This document shows, piece by piece, positions 1-10,656 of a stretch of 64,000 nt of DNA. The notes below the pieces were generated by a model. It did not search any database. It saw only the letters and a list, made by a program, of their open reading frames with translations, and was not told the origin of the DNA. Location of the stretch: contig CAXVYR010000003.1 of the NCBI GenBank assembly GCA_963666975.2, positions 1,280,001 to 1,344,000 on the forward strand, written 5' to 3'. Position 1 is the first letter of the stretch. Each line of letters starts with the position of its first letter. A program made the position numbers and the translations under genes. The DNA comes from Terriglobia bacterium. Its GTDB lineage: Bacteria; Acidobacteriota; Terriglobia; 2-12-FULL-54-10.

Positions 1-1107
1 GCAATCGACTCGGATGCCCCCGCCAGTCCGCAAATAGTTATTACAGTACTTACCGTCCAGGAGTTGCCGGAAATAAGCCTGACCCCAACTTCACTCCGGT
101 TCCTCACCCCGGCAGGGAGCGATCCGGAACCGCAAACTTTTCAGGTGAAAAACGTGGGCGGGGAAACGCTCGGATGGACGAGCGTCGTGGCCACGGAACC
201 GCAAGGCAACTGGCTCGCGGTGAGTCCCGCAACAGGGGTGGCCCCTTCGACGCTGACGGTTTCGGTCAACTCGGCAGGCCTCAACGCTGGAACCTATACC
301 GGAAGCATCACCATCACTGCGGTGGACAATGCCAGCAACAGTCCGCAGGTTCTTCCCGTGGAGTTATCCGTAGGAGTGCCTGCTATTGGCCGGAATGGGG
401 TGGTCAACGGGGCCAGCTTCTCCACCGAAGCAGTCGTCAGCCCCGGCTCGATCTCTTCGCTGTTCGGCACAAACCTGGCCACAGAGACCGTGACAGCCGT
501 GGAGTTGCCTTTGCCGCGGACGCTGGCCGGAACGCAGGTTCTGGTGAACGACCTCCCCGTCCCGCTATTTTTTGTCTCTCCGTTTCAGATTAACTTCCAG
601 ATGCCGCCTGATGTCACCGGAACAACGGCTGAGATGGTGGTCGTCTCTGCCGGAGTGCGCGGATTGCCGGAGCCTGTAAGCGTGTCGCCGGAAAGGCCGG
701 GGATATTTACTGCTGTCTCCGGCGGAACAGGACAAGGGGCAGTGCTGCTGGCGAATTCCGACGTGATCGCCGCGCCCAGCGGGAGCATCCCGGGCCGGAC
801 GAGCCAACCGGTCGCGCGCGGAGAAATCGTTTCGATCTTCGCCACCGGCCTGGGCGCTACCGACCCGCAGAGCGAACCGGGCGAGCCAGCCGGAGCCTCG
901 CCTTTGAGCAACACGATTACGACGCCGGAAGTGTTCATCGGCGACATCCCTGCCAATGTATTTTTCTCCGGCCTGGCTCCAGACTTCGTGGGCCTCTACC
1001 AAGTGAACGTGGAGGTCCCCGCAGGCACAGCGCCGGGAGCGGAAGTCCCGCTGGTGTTGATCCAGAACGGAATTTCTTCCAACACCGTCTCTATTGCTGT
1101 GCAGTAA
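1..1107 (+). CDS. Secreted BACON/Ig-like repeat protein with Solibacter-type C-terminal domain (5' partial)
   Basis: Frame open from base 1; WLAVSPATGVAPSTLTVSV BACON-like repeat, then VVNGASF...PGSISSLFGTNL...FSGLAPDFVGLYQVNV typical of the acidobacterial TIGR03437-type domain. Confidence 0.85.
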   Translation, partial: AIDSDAPASPQIVITVLTVQELPEISLTPTSLRFLTPAGSDPEPQTFQVKNVGGETLGWTSVVATEPQGNWLAVSPATGVAPSTLTVSVNSAGLNAGTYTGSITITAVDNASNSPQVLPVELSVGVPAIGRNGVVNGASFSTEAVVSPGSISSLFGTNLATETVTAVELPLPRTLAGTQVLVNDLPVPLFFVSPFQINFQMPPDVTGTTAEMVVVSAGVRGLPEPVSVSPERPGIFTAVSGGTGQGAVLLANSDVIAAPSGSIPGRTSQPVARGEIVSIFATGLGATDPQSEPGEPAGASPLSNTITTPEVFIGDIPANVFFSGLAPDFVGLYQVNVEVPAGTAPGAEVPLVLIQNGISSNTVSIAVQ

Positions 1108-1376
1108 ACTGGGCCGGGATTCCGATTGCCTGCTGAAGCTTTCAGACTCTCTTCGCAGGCAAATTTATTGGCGAGTTCTTCGATTCGCGATGCTTAAATA
1201 GGTGTATAGTACTTCCCTAGAGTGGGAGATGCGCGCTTGGGATCGTACGGCGGTGATCGAACTCAATTGCATCACTTGGGAACTGTTCTCCGAGATCGAT
1301 ACTGTAGTATCCTCTTGCGCTGGATTCTGCCGAATCATTCACAACATTTGAAACCAAACATGAAGGAGCCACTGCA

Positions 1377-2270
1377 ATGGAACGGAAAAAGGCGACTGAT
1401 TTCCCGCAGGAGTTGCTGAACCTGTTTGACAAATACGTTCACGGCGATGTCAGCCGCCGCGGATTCTTGGATGGCGCGAAAAAATTCGCGGTAGGCGGCT
1501 TAACGGCTGCGGCCCTACTGGAGAGCCTCCGCCCGAATTTCGCTTGGGGGCAACAAATCGCTGAGGACGATAGCCGGCTCACGACCGAGCAGGTGACCGT
1601 GCCCTCGCCACAAGGAAATGGCAGCATCCGCGGCTACCTGGCTCGCCCCGCGAACGCCAGCGGAAAACTGCCCGGATTCCTGGTCATCCACGAGAACCGG
1701 GGTCTGAATCCTCATATCGAGGACGTAGCACGGCGTTTAGGCCTCGAGAATTTTATAGCCTTCGCGCCGGATGGCCTCACCTCTGTTGGCGGCTACCCGG
1801 GCGATGAAGACAGAGCAAGAGCGCTGTTCGGAGATGTCGACAGGGGAAAAATGACCCAAGATTTTTTGGCCTCGGCAAGCTGGCTGAAAGGGCGCTCCGA
1901 CTGCACCGGCAAGCTCGGCGTTGTTGGTTTCTGCTTTGGCGGCGGCATTGCCAACACGCTGGCCGTGCGGATGGGCGCAGACCTTGACGCGGCGATTCCC
2001 TTCTACGGCGGACAGCCCTCTGCCGCGGATGCCGCCAAGATCAAAGCGCCTCTCTTGCTCCACTATGCCTCCCTCGACGCGCGCATTAACGCAGGATGGC
2101 CCGATTACGAGAAAGCGCTGAAAGCGAATAACGTGACCCACACCGCGCATATGTATGAGGGTGCGAATCACGGTTTCCATAACGATACGACGCCCCGTTA
2201 TGACGAGGCCAATGCCAAGCTGGCTTGGCAGCGCACTCTCGCTTTCTCCAACAGGTATCTGCGGGGCTGA
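1377..2270 (+). CDS. Dienelactone hydrolase family protein (YghX-like), Tat-like leader
   Basis: SRRGFL motif, HENRGLNPHI, nucleophile GFCFGG, HGFHNDTTPRYD; AAGGAG RBS. Confidence 0.9.
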   Translation: MERKKATDFPQELLNLFDKYVHGDVSRRGFLDGAKKFAVGGLTAAALLESLRPNFAWGQQIAEDDSRLTTEQVTVPSPQGNGSIRGYLARPANASGKLPGFLVIHENRGLNPHIEDVARRLGLENFIAFAPDGLTSVGGYPGDEDRARALFGDVDRGKMTQDFLASASWLKGRSDCTGKLGVVGFCFGGGIANTLAVRMGADLDAAIPFYGGQPSAADAAKIKAPLLLHYASLDARINAGWPDYEKALKANNVTHTAHMYEGANHGFHNDTTPRYDEANAKLAWQRTLAFSNRYLRG

Positions 2271-2475
2271 TTCAACCCCTCGTTCCCTGAGGAGCTGAAC
2301 CCCGTCTCGTTCCAGAGAGGGACACTGGATTCCGGTCGTCGAGAATCCGGTGTCCCTTTTCCTGCTTCTCTCTTCCCGGACACTTTCCCTGATTTTAGTA
2401 CTGCTGGAAATGTAAGCGCACCCGGACCGGCCCCTGGGAACTGGTGCTATCGGATCGTCGCGATACAATACACAG

Positions 2476-3114
2476 ATGGAATCTTCCCGTTTCACGCCTG
2501 CGGAGCGCGCAATCATCCGCCGACACCGGACACCTCGTCAGGTGCAGAGATGGCTTCGTGCGCTTCCGTACAACATGAATGAGCGTCGCGACACGCTGCG
2601 GACGTTTCGCAGCGTTGTCCGCACAGGAAAAGCGCACTGCCTGGAGGCCGCGCTCAGTGCCGCGATGATCCTCGAACAGCACGGATATCCGCCCTTGCTG
2701 CTGGACATGGAATCCCAGGACAACTTGGACCATGTGCTCTTCTTATTCCGAGGGCGGCAGGGCTGGGGCGCGGTGGGCCGGTCACGCGACCCGGGGCTGC
2801 ATGGACGCCGGGCTGTGTTCCCCGCCGTCCGGGATCTGGTTTATTCCTACGTCGATCCGTTCGTCGACTTCACCGGACGGATTACCGGGTACGGTGTATT
2901 CGATTTGCGCACCCTGGATGGCGCGGGAACCGACTGGCGCATCGGGCGGGGAGATGTCTGGGAGGTCGAGTCGACGCTGATTAAAATGCCGCACAAACCG
3001 CTGCGTTCATCGAACACGCGCTATCAGATGTGGCTTCGAAAGTACCGAGCCTACCGGGCGAGGCATGGTGAAAAGAAACCCGTCTATTATCCCGGCAAAG
3101 ATCGCTGGATGTAG
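2476..3114 (+). CDS. Conserved hypothetical protein, transglutaminase-like
   Basis: 212-aa ORF with AHCLEAAL and LDHV motifs. Confidence 0.65.
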   Translation: MESSRFTPAERAIIRRHRTPRQVQRWLRALPYNMNERRDTLRTFRSVVRTGKAHCLEAALSAAMILEQHGYPPLLLDMESQDNLDHVLFLFRGRQGWGAVGRSRDPGLHGRRAVFPAVRDLVYSYVDPFVDFTGRITGYGVFDLRTLDGAGTDWRIGRGDVWEVESTLIKMPHKPLRSSNTRYQMWLRKYRAYRARHGEKKPVYYPGKDRWM

Positions 3115-3232
3115 CGCACGCGCAGTGGCTGTTCAAGAATAGTTTTCGCTCGAAAACGGTTTGAATGCGGCTACCGTTGACCGAGGACCGTTGACCTAGA
3201 ACGCTTTTTTCTTTCCCTTGGTCCCCGTAATC

Positions 3233-6200
3233 TCAAAATAGGAGTTTCAGTCCAAGCTGAAGCTGGCGAGAAGGCCCTGCGTTGAAAAGACGTCCGAAGT
3301 TGTTGGAACCGAAAATACGGCCCGGAGCGCCCACAAAATTGGTATGGTTGAGCAGGTTGAAAATCTCGGTCCTAAATTCCAACCGAGTTCCCTCGCTGAT
3401 CGGGATGTTCTTGAGCAGAGAGAAGTCAATTCTGCTTTCCCCGGCCTCGAAGACGAGATTTCTACCGGCATTGCCGAAGGTAAAGGGCTCCGGCATTTCG
3501 AAAGCCTCCGTATCGAACCAGCGTTCCGGAGTGCCGGAATCCAGGTTGGGGTTCCGCAAGAGATTCGGGCGCTGGGCCGGCCCGGCGCCGATGTTGGCAT
3601 TGTCGGAGCCGAGATTGACGGTAATAGGTGCGCCGGTTTGAAAGGTCCCAATTCCCGTGGCTGTCCACCCTTCCAGCAGCTTTCCCAGCCAGCCGGAAGG
3701 CTGGAAGGAGTGCCCCGGACCAAAGGGGAACTCGTAGGAATAGGTAAATACAAAGCGATGGCGATGGTCGAAGCTCGAAAGACCCTTCTCCGCCCCCATG
3801 TTTCTTACATCCTGCGGCAAATTGAACTCGTGGAAAGTAGGTCCCGGACTGGAGGCGTCATCAATCGATTTGGACCAGGTATAGTTGGCGTCGAACGTCA
3901 AGCCGCGAGAATACCGTTTTTCCAGCTTCAAGCTCAGTGAATTGTAACTGGAATAACCGTCCCAGCGGATGGTTCTAAAGCCGCTTAATTTCGGATTGGG
4001 ACGGCGGGTATCAATGTCCCCGGGACCAGGCTCTGGAACGTTCAGGAGCGTGCGGCTGTCGGCGCCCACCACTTTTGAGCCAAAGTAGGTGGCCTGCACC
4101 GCCCAGTTGGGCGACAACATCCGCTGCAGGCTAAAGGTCCAGGACTCGGCATATTCGGAGCGGTACTTATAATCCAAGCCGTCACCGCCGATGCTGCCGG
4201 TGGTGGGAGCCTGCAGAATGTTCTCGGTTGTCAGCGTAGGAATCTGAGTATCCGCAGCGGTGGTGACGCTCTTATTGAAATAAAAGGGAAGATTCAACGC
4301 CAGGCCCGTCTGAATGCCATATGCAGCCTGATTAAAAAACAGACCGAAGCCTGCACGCACCACCGTCTTTTCGGAACCGCGCGGCGACCACGCCAAACCG
4401 AAACGCGGCGCTACGCGGTGAAAGTTGGGCCGCTGCAAAGACCGGTCATAGCCGGCTTCTTTCGATGTGACGTAGGGCACGCCATTCTCGTCCAGCACGT
4501 TCAGCAAGGCATTGGCGTCCGGGTGAATATTTCCCTCATCATCGCTGGCGATGACGAAGCGGTCCAATTCGATGTTGGCAAGCCGGTTCCCCGTCTCCAC
4601 CATCTGTGTATTGATCTCGTAACGCACGCCGGCATTCACCGTCAGATTCTGATTCACCCGCCAGTCATCCTGCCCATAGAAGTGCATCCAGGTAGTGCGG
4701 CCATCTTCCTCTCCCCGGCCAATGCCTCCCTGGGCATTGGAGGGATAGCCCAGCAAAAAATCGGCAAAGGCGTTCCCGTCCGCCAAGCCTGCCGTCGAAG
4801 AAGAAAACCGGGGCGTAAAGGCGAAAGAGCCTCGGGTATTGGGGGAGGTCAGGGGGTTAAACCGCAAACGGTAGAAGTAAACTCCGAATTTCATGTTGTG
4901 GGAGCCACGGATCCAGGAAAGATTGTTGAAAAAGTCGAAGCTGTTGTTGCGGCGGCTGACCAGGCTGCCGGGATCTCCCATCGCGCTGTAGGCGTCGGAA
5001 AAACTGAAGGCGGGGAAGCCCGCTTTGCGCGGGTCTCGCGTCACGCCCTGCAGGCCGGACTGCCCGGCAAAATCAATCCCCTGGTTTTCACTCTCCTGTC
5101 CGCCGGTGACCCGAAGAAACCCGAAGCGGAATTCATTGATGAGGCTCGGGCTAAAAATATGCGTTTCACTTAGGGCGATGTTCCGAGTGAATGTTGTGAT
5201 TTCATACCCAAATCCCGGCACCAGAACTTCATTGAGATTGCTGTTTCCGAAAGGCTGGAAGGTGACAAAATTGGCGAAGTAGAAGCGCCCGAACAAACTG
5301 TCGTTCTGGCTCAGGTAATGGTCCGTCCGAACGATGAACTGATTGTGATCGTTCTTGAGGTTGGGCGAAGCGACAAAATTCTGCACTTCTCCGGGCAGGT
5401 TGGGGAGGGGCGCCTTCTCCAAGAAAGAACGCGCCACCGGATCCAGCCGGTCAGCCGGGATGCGGTTGCCAGGGAAGGGCCGCCGCTCTCCGGTGACGGG
5501 GTCCGTGGTTAAAGGATCATAAATAGTGGGCAAGCCGGAAAAATCCCCTGTGCGGACATTCTCCGAAGGCAAAGAGAACGTTCGGGTAAGGGTTCGACGC
5601 TCCCGGAATCCTTCATAGTTCAGAAAAAAGAAGGTCTGGTCCTTCTGGATGGGGCCGCCCAAGACTCCGCCAAACTGGTTTTGTCGCAACGGGGGTGGTT
5701 CCGAACCGGCAAAGAAATTCCTGGCGTCGAAAACGTCGTTTCTCAGAAACTCGTAGACGGAACCATGCAGGGAATTGCTGCCCGCCTTGGTGGCGGCATT
5801 GACATTGGCCGAGGCCTTTCCCCCGAATTCCGCAGCGTAAATGGATTTCTGAATCTTGAACTCCTGGATGGCATCGATTGAAGGAGAAGCCACCAAGTTA
5901 TTGAAATATTGGTCGGTAATAGAAACGCCATCCAGAAAATACATATTGTGTCCGGCCCGTTGTCCTCCGACCAAGACCTGCCGGCCCGTTTGTGCCAGGG
6001 CCGCTCCCCGGTTCCCAACCGGACTCAGGTATACGTTGTCGCTCAAAAGCGTGAGTTGCAGGAATTGCCTGCCATTCAACGGCAGATCCACGATTCGCTG
6101 ATTCGCAATCACCTCGCTCACCTCGGCGTTGGTCGTCCGCATGAGTGGAACCGCCTCCGTGACGGTAATCTGCTCGGTGACATCGCCCAATTCCATGACC

Positions 6201-6547
6201 ATGTCCACCCGCACACGGTCTCCCACTTGCAGGACAATGCCGGCGCGAATCTGGGTCTTGAAATTCGGCAGCTCCGCTCTGATTGCATACTCCCCTACAG
6301 CGAGGGCAGCGGCGACATAATTGCCGCTGCTATCGGTGGAGAGACGGCGCTCCTGACCGCTGGACAGGTTCGTGATCGTCAGGAGCACGCCCGGCAATAC
6401 AGCTTCGGAGGCGTCTTTCACTGTGCCCACAATTTCCGCCGCTGTGCCTTGAGCCCGTGCCACCGGTACGGCGAAAAGAATCGGAACAAGAAGCAAAACA
6501 CAAAGCCCTCTTCTTACCCTTTCCTTCGGCGACAAGTCTTTTCCCAT
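3233..6547 (-). CDS. TonB-dependent receptor with N-terminal carboxypeptidase-regulatory-like domain
   Basis: Signal peptide, GTVKDASEAVLPG, LPLNGRQFLQL, YEFLRNDVFDARNFF, C-terminal RQLQLGLKLLF; start placed at ATG 6547 after GAGGCGGAG. Confidence 0.93.
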   Translation of the reverse strand: MGKDLSPKERVRRGLCVLLLVPILFAVPVARAQGTAAEIVGTVKDASEAVLPGVLLTITNLSSGQERRLSTDSSGNYVAAALAVGEYAIRAELPNFKTQIRAGIVLQVGDRVRVDMVMELGDVTEQITVTEAVPLMRTTNAEVSEVIANQRIVDLPLNGRQFLQLTLLSDNVYLSPVGNRGAALAQTGRQVLVGGQRAGHNMYFLDGVSITDQYFNNLVASPSIDAIQEFKIQKSIYAAEFGGKASANVNAATKAGSNSLHGSVYEFLRNDVFDARNFFAGSEPPPLRQNQFGGVLGGPIQKDQTFFFLNYEGFRERRTLTRTFSLPSENVRTGDFSGLPTIYDPLTTDPVTGERRPFPGNRIPADRLDPVARSFLEKAPLPNLPGEVQNFVASPNLKNDHNQFIVRTDHYLSQNDSLFGRFYFANFVTFQPFGNSNLNEVLVPGFGYEITTFTRNIALSETHIFSPSLINEFRFGFLRVTGGQESENQGIDFAGQSGLQGVTRDPRKAGFPAFSFSDAYSAMGDPGSLVSRRNNSFDFFNNLSWIRGSHNMKFGVYFYRLRFNPLTSPNTRGSFAFTPRFSSSTAGLADGNAFADFLLGYPSNAQGGIGRGEEDGRTTWMHFYGQDDWRVNQNLTVNAGVRYEINTQMVETGNRLANIELDRFVIASDDEGNIHPDANALLNVLDENGVPYVTSKEAGYDRSLQRPNFHRVAPRFGLAWSPRGSEKTVVRAGFGLFFNQAAYGIQTGLALNLPFYFNKSVTTAADTQIPTLTTENILQAPTTGSIGGDGLDYKYRSEYAESWTFSLQRMLSPNWAVQATYFGSKVVGADSRTLLNVPEPGPGDIDTRRPNPKLSGFRTIRWDGYSSYNSLSLKLEKRYSRGLTFDANYTWSKSIDDASSPGPTFHEFNLPQDVRNMGAEKGLSSFDHRHRFVFTYSYEFPFGPGHSFQPSGWLGKLLEGWTATGIGTFQTGAPITVNLGSDNANIGAGPAQRPNLLRNPNLDSGTPERWFDTEAFEMPEPFTFGNAGRNLVFEAGESRIDFSLLKNIPISEGTRLEFRTEIFNLLNHTNFVGAPGRIFGSNNFGRLFNAGPSRQLQLGLKLLF

Positions 6548-7147
6548 CTCCGCCTCTCTGGTTCCGCCAGCGCCTAGTGCGAGTGCATGATCCCCGCACA
6601 CTACCAGACGCCGCTGACTCCGAAGAGCTGCTTGCAGTTTAGTTCAGTAAAACTTGAATGGGGGTCCCGCTTGCTATGCTGGGGAAAGGACCCACCCCAT
6701 AGTTTTTACTATATATTATTTCGTCAACCCAGTGTCAAGCCTCTAACCCTGCTGGGCACTTTCTGTGTCGATTTCTACAAGCAGCAAATAAACTTGACAA
6801 CCGGGAAAGAACAACGCTAGGTTCGTTTGCTTGGCGGAAACTGCAACAAATTTTGCCGTACCTAAGGTAACATTCCCTGTCCGCCGCCGTCATAGCGCAG
6901 TTCGCGAAGCGTTAAAAACAGCGTTGGCGGAAGACGAGGGGGAATGAGTAAAAGCTCACCCCGGAACGTCAGATCCATCCTCGGCGGGAGGATCAACGAA
7001 TTCAGCAATGGAGCGCCGGAGTCGGGACTGCTTTGGCTCACAAGTTGTCTCGCCGGATGAATCTCTGCGAACAGTGGCGCATCGTAATCCTGTGGGCGGG
7101 TCATCGAACGGCGCTGTGCCCGCTGTGTTTTGCTGGAACCACATGAG

Positions 7148-7654
7148 ATGAAAAGGTTCTCCAAAACGTTTCTGATCACCCTGCTGGTCACAGCGGTGGC
7201 GGTTCCCGGCTGGCTCCTCTTGAGGAGGCCCCAGCCTCCGGGGCCGGTGCAACCGATTGCCTTCAGCCACCGCGTCCATGCGGGCGACTACCAGATGGCG
7301 TGCCTCTATTGCCACACGACCGCCACGCGGTCCACGGTGGCGGGTGTTCCTCCCGTGCAGACTTGTTATGAATGCCATCGCGTGGTAAGCAAGGACAGCC
7401 CCGAAATCGTGAAGGTCCTCCAATACTGGGAACAGAAGCAACCGATCCCGTGGATTCGTGTTCATTCGCTCCCCGACTTCGTTTACTTCTCCCACAAGCG
7501 GCATGTCCTTGCAGAGGTTTCCTGCCAAACCTGCCATGGGGAAATCCAAGGGGTGGAACGGGTGCGCCAGGAATCCTCCTTGACCATGGGTTGGTGCGTG
7601 GACTGCCACAAGCAACGTAGCGCTCCGCTGGAGTGTTCCACATGTCACAAATAG
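7148..7654 (+). CDS. actA: Alternative complex III pentaheme cytochrome c subunit
   Basis: Five CxxCH motifs (CLYCH, CYECH, CQTCH, CVDCH, CSTCH), QPIAFSH, LPDFVYFSH, MGWC; N-terminal TM helix. Confidence 0.9.
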   Translation: MKRFSKTFLITLLVTAVAVPGWLLLRRPQPPGPVQPIAFSHRVHAGDYQMACLYCHTTATRSTVAGVPPVQTCYECHRVVSKDSPEIVKVLQYWEQKQPIPWIRVHSLPDFVYFSHKRHVLAEVSCQTCHGEIQGVERVRQESSLTMGWCVDCHKQRSAPLECSTCHK

Positions 7655-7658
7655 GAAC

Positions 7659-10637
7659 TTGAATATGACTGATTCTTTACACAGGCGCGACTTCCTCAAA
7701 CTGGCGGGACTGGCAGGTGTCGCCGGCGCTGTGGGATGCGGAGAGCAGCCGGTCCGCAGTTTGATTCCCCTTATGGTTCCATCCGAGGATATCCACACGG
7801 GCGTGGCCACATGGTACGCGACTACCTGCCGCGAGTGCCCGGCTGGCTGTGGCATGACGGTGCGGACACGGGAAGGCCGCGCCACCAAAGTGGAAGGGAA
7901 TCCCCAACATCCGATCAGCAGAGGAGGATTGTGTGTCCGGGGACAGGCCTCCCTGCAAGGGCTCTATAACCCCGACCGCATTCCGCAACCGTTCCGGCGG
8001 GACACCGGCGGGGCAACCCAAAACATTGGCTGGGAAGAGGCCGAAGAACAGCTTCGGGAGAGGATCGGCGCTCTGCTAGAGGCTGGCGAGGGAGACAAGA
8101 TTGTCTTTTTGAGCGGCACAAATGGAGAGAGCTTCCACCGACTGGCCGGCCGGTGGCTCGGCGCTTTGGGATCGGACCGTCATCTAGTTTACGAAGCCTT
8201 TTCAGCAGCGCCCATCCTGGAAGCCAACGAAATCACATTCGGCGCAAGGGCGCTCCCCTCCTACAACATCGCGGAGGCTGATTACATCGTCAGCTTCGGA
8301 GCGGATTTCCTTGAAACCTGGCTGTCGCCCGTCGGTTTTTCGCGAGACTTTGCTCAGATGCATGCCTACCGAGACGGCCAGATGGGAAAGCTTGTTCAGG
8401 TGGAGCCGCGTCTCTCCCTGACCGGCGCGAATGCCGACGAGTGGATTTCCATAAAACCAGGGACGGACATGTTTCTGGCGCTGGGCATGGCCTACATTAT
8501 CGTCACGCAGCAACTGGGCGTCTCGCTCAGCCGTGGTGAGGCACAGAGTTTAGAAAACCTGCTGGCCTCCTATGCACCGGACTCCGTGGCTTCGATAACA
8601 GAAGTGCCCGCTGAAACGATTGAACGCATGGCGAGAGAGTTCGCCGGTGCAAGCGCGGGGCTGGCATTGGGAGGCGGAGTGGCTGCGACCGGAGAAAACG
8701 CCACCGCTACGCTGGTGGCCATCAATCTGCTGAATTATGTCACGGGGCGAATCGGACAGACGATCCGGTTTGACAAGCCTCTCCATTCGGCGGAAAGCGC
8801 AGGACTGAACTCGCTTGCCGAACTGGTCGAATCCATGAATCAGGGCGATGTAAAACTCCTTCTCGTCCACCAAACGAACCCTGTATATAACCTGCCTCCT
8901 GCTCTCGGCTTCGCAGAGGCCTTGCAAAAGGTCCCCTTCGTAGTCAGCTTCTCGAGCTTTGCCGACGAGACCACCGACATGGCTCACATGGCCTTGCCGG
9001 ACATGACGCCGCTGGAGCAATGGGGTGACTTCCGTCCCGCAGCGGGCGTGCATTCCCTGATGCAACCGGCCATGAACCCGGTGTTTGATTGCCGCGCCAC
9101 CGGCGACGTTTTGCTTCGGGTAGCCAAACAGTTGGGCGGGACTGTTGCCGAAGCCTTTCCCTGGGAAAGCTTCCAGGAGTATCTGAAGGAAAGGTGGCAA
9201 GAAACCTACGGCGAATCGGTCGGCGAGAACTTTGATCAGTTCTGGCGCGACGCCCTGCAACGCGGCGGCGTCTGGGACTCGTCTCCCTCTTCGGCAGAAG
9301 CAGCAGCCGGCGCAGGAAACAATCTTCGGCTGACATCAGAAGCTCTGAGTTTCACTTTTCTCCCCGCCGGATTTGCGGGCCAGGGAGAATTCTTCCTGCA
9401 CCTCTACCCTTCTATCCATTACTACGACGGGCGAGGAGCCAACCGGCCCTGGCTGCAGGAAATACCCGATCCGATCACCAACATTGTGTGGGACTCCTGG
9501 GTGGAGATCCACCCGGAAACGGCCGTGCGCATGGGCATCGTGGAAGGCGATCTGTTGCGCGTGGAATCTCCGGCAGGGTCCGTGGAGGTCCCGGCTTACC
9601 TCTACGCGGGAGTGCGTCCCGACACGGTGGCAATTCCACTGGGACAAGGCCATGAAAGCTACGGCCGGTACGCCGCAGGCTTGGGAGTAAATCCCGCCGT
9701 TCTACTTCCTGCGATCTCCGACCGCCACACGGACACAGCAGCATGGTCCTGCACCAAAGTACAACTATCGAAGACCGGCCGAAGATCCGAACTGGTGCGG
9801 ACTGATGGCTCTGTTAAAGAACTGGACCGAGGCATCTCCGAAATTATTCCCCTATCCGCCCTGACCTCAGGATCGCAGGGCGAACAGCACGGCGAGATCG
9901 CCGAACAACACGCGGAACAAAGCATGTACCCGCCCCACGAGCACATCGACTATCGCTGGGGTATGGCCATCGACCTCTCGGCATGCACCGGGTGCGGGGC
10001 TTGCGTGGCTGCATGCTACGCGGAGAACAACATTCCCGTGGTGGGCAAGCAGCAGATCGCCCAAGGACGGCACATGGCATGGATTCGGATTGAGCGTTAC
10101 TTTGAAGACATCTCCGCCGCCCCGGATGTGCGCTTTTCACCTATGCTCTGCCAGCAGTGTGACAACGCTCCCTGCGAGCCGGTGTGTCCGGTTTACGCCA
10201 CCATGCACAGCTCCGAGGGCTTGAACCTGCAAGTGTATAACCGCTGTGTGGGAACCCGATACTGTTCCAATAACTGTCCCTACAAAGTCCGTGTGTTCAA
10301 TTGGTTTGAATACGAATTCCCCGAACCGCTGCACTTGCAGTTGAACCCGGACATCGCCGTCCGCGACAAGGGCGTGATGGAAAAATGCACTTTTTGTATC
10401 CAGCGCATTCGCGAAGGCAAAGATCATGCAAAGGATGAAGGGCGATTGGTCCGGGATGGAGAAGTGAGGCCAGCCTGCGCGCAATCTTGTCCTACCCAGG
10501 CCATCGTGTTCGGTAATCTACTGGACACGGAAAGCTCCGTTTCCAGGCTGTCCCAGCGGCAGCACGGCTATCACGCCCTCGAGGAACTCAACACCAAACC
10601 GGCTATCACCTATTTGCCGAGAGTCAAACGGATTTGA
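7659..10637 (+). CDS. actB: Alternative complex III ActB (molybdopterin-oxidoreductase-like domain fused to 4Fe-4S dicluster domain)
   Basis: Tat signal RRDFLK...AVGC; ANRPWLQEIPDPI; CTGCGAC, CQQCDNAPCEPVCP, CVGTRYCSNNCPY, EKCTFC. Confidence 0.92.
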   Translation: MNMTDSLHRRDFLKLAGLAGVAGAVGCGEQPVRSLIPLMVPSEDIHTGVATWYATTCRECPAGCGMTVRTREGRATKVEGNPQHPISRGGLCVRGQASLQGLYNPDRIPQPFRRDTGGATQNIGWEEAEEQLRERIGALLEAGEGDKIVFLSGTNGESFHRLAGRWLGALGSDRHLVYEAFSAAPILEANEITFGARALPSYNIAEADYIVSFGADFLETWLSPVGFSRDFAQMHAYRDGQMGKLVQVEPRLSLTGANADEWISIKPGTDMFLALGMAYIIVTQQLGVSLSRGEAQSLENLLASYAPDSVASITEVPAETIERMAREFAGASAGLALGGGVAATGENATATLVAINLLNYVTGRIGQTIRFDKPLHSAESAGLNSLAELVESMNQGDVKLLLVHQTNPVYNLPPALGFAEALQKVPFVVSFSSFADETTDMAHMALPDMTPLEQWGDFRPAAGVHSLMQPAMNPVFDCRATGDVLLRVAKQLGGTVAEAFPWESFQEYLKERWQETYGESVGENFDQFWRDALQRGGVWDSSPSSAEAAAGAGNNLRLTSEALSFTFLPAGFAGQGEFFLHLYPSIHYYDGRGANRPWLQEIPDPITNIVWDSWVEIHPETAVRMGIVEGDLLRVESPAGSVEVPAYLYAGVRPDTVAIPLGQGHESYGRYAAGLGVNPAVLLPAISDRHTDTAAWSCTKVQLSKTGRRSELVRTDGSVKELDRGISEIIPLSALTSGSQGEQHGEIAEQHAEQSMYPPHEHIDYRWGMAIDLSACTGCGACVAACYAENNIPVVGKQQIAQGRHMAWIRIERYFEDISAAPDVRFSPMLCQQCDNAPCEPVCPVYATMHSSEGLNLQVYNRCVGTRYCSNNCPYKVRVFNWFEYEFPEPLHLQLNPDIAVRDKGVMEKCTFCIQRIREGKDHAKDEGRLVRDGEVRPACAQSCPTQAIVFGNLLDTESSVSRLSQRQHGYHALEELNTKPAITYLPRVKRI

Positions 10638-10656
10638 CAGGGCACAAAGACAAGCA

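Noticed and set aside
6600-7147. Possible riboswitch or small ORFs in the long TBDR/actA intergenic region
   Set aside because: Only divergent TTGACA-type promoter candidates (~6733-6738 minus, ~6794-6799 plus) are visible; no recognisable aptamer and the ORFs lack motifs
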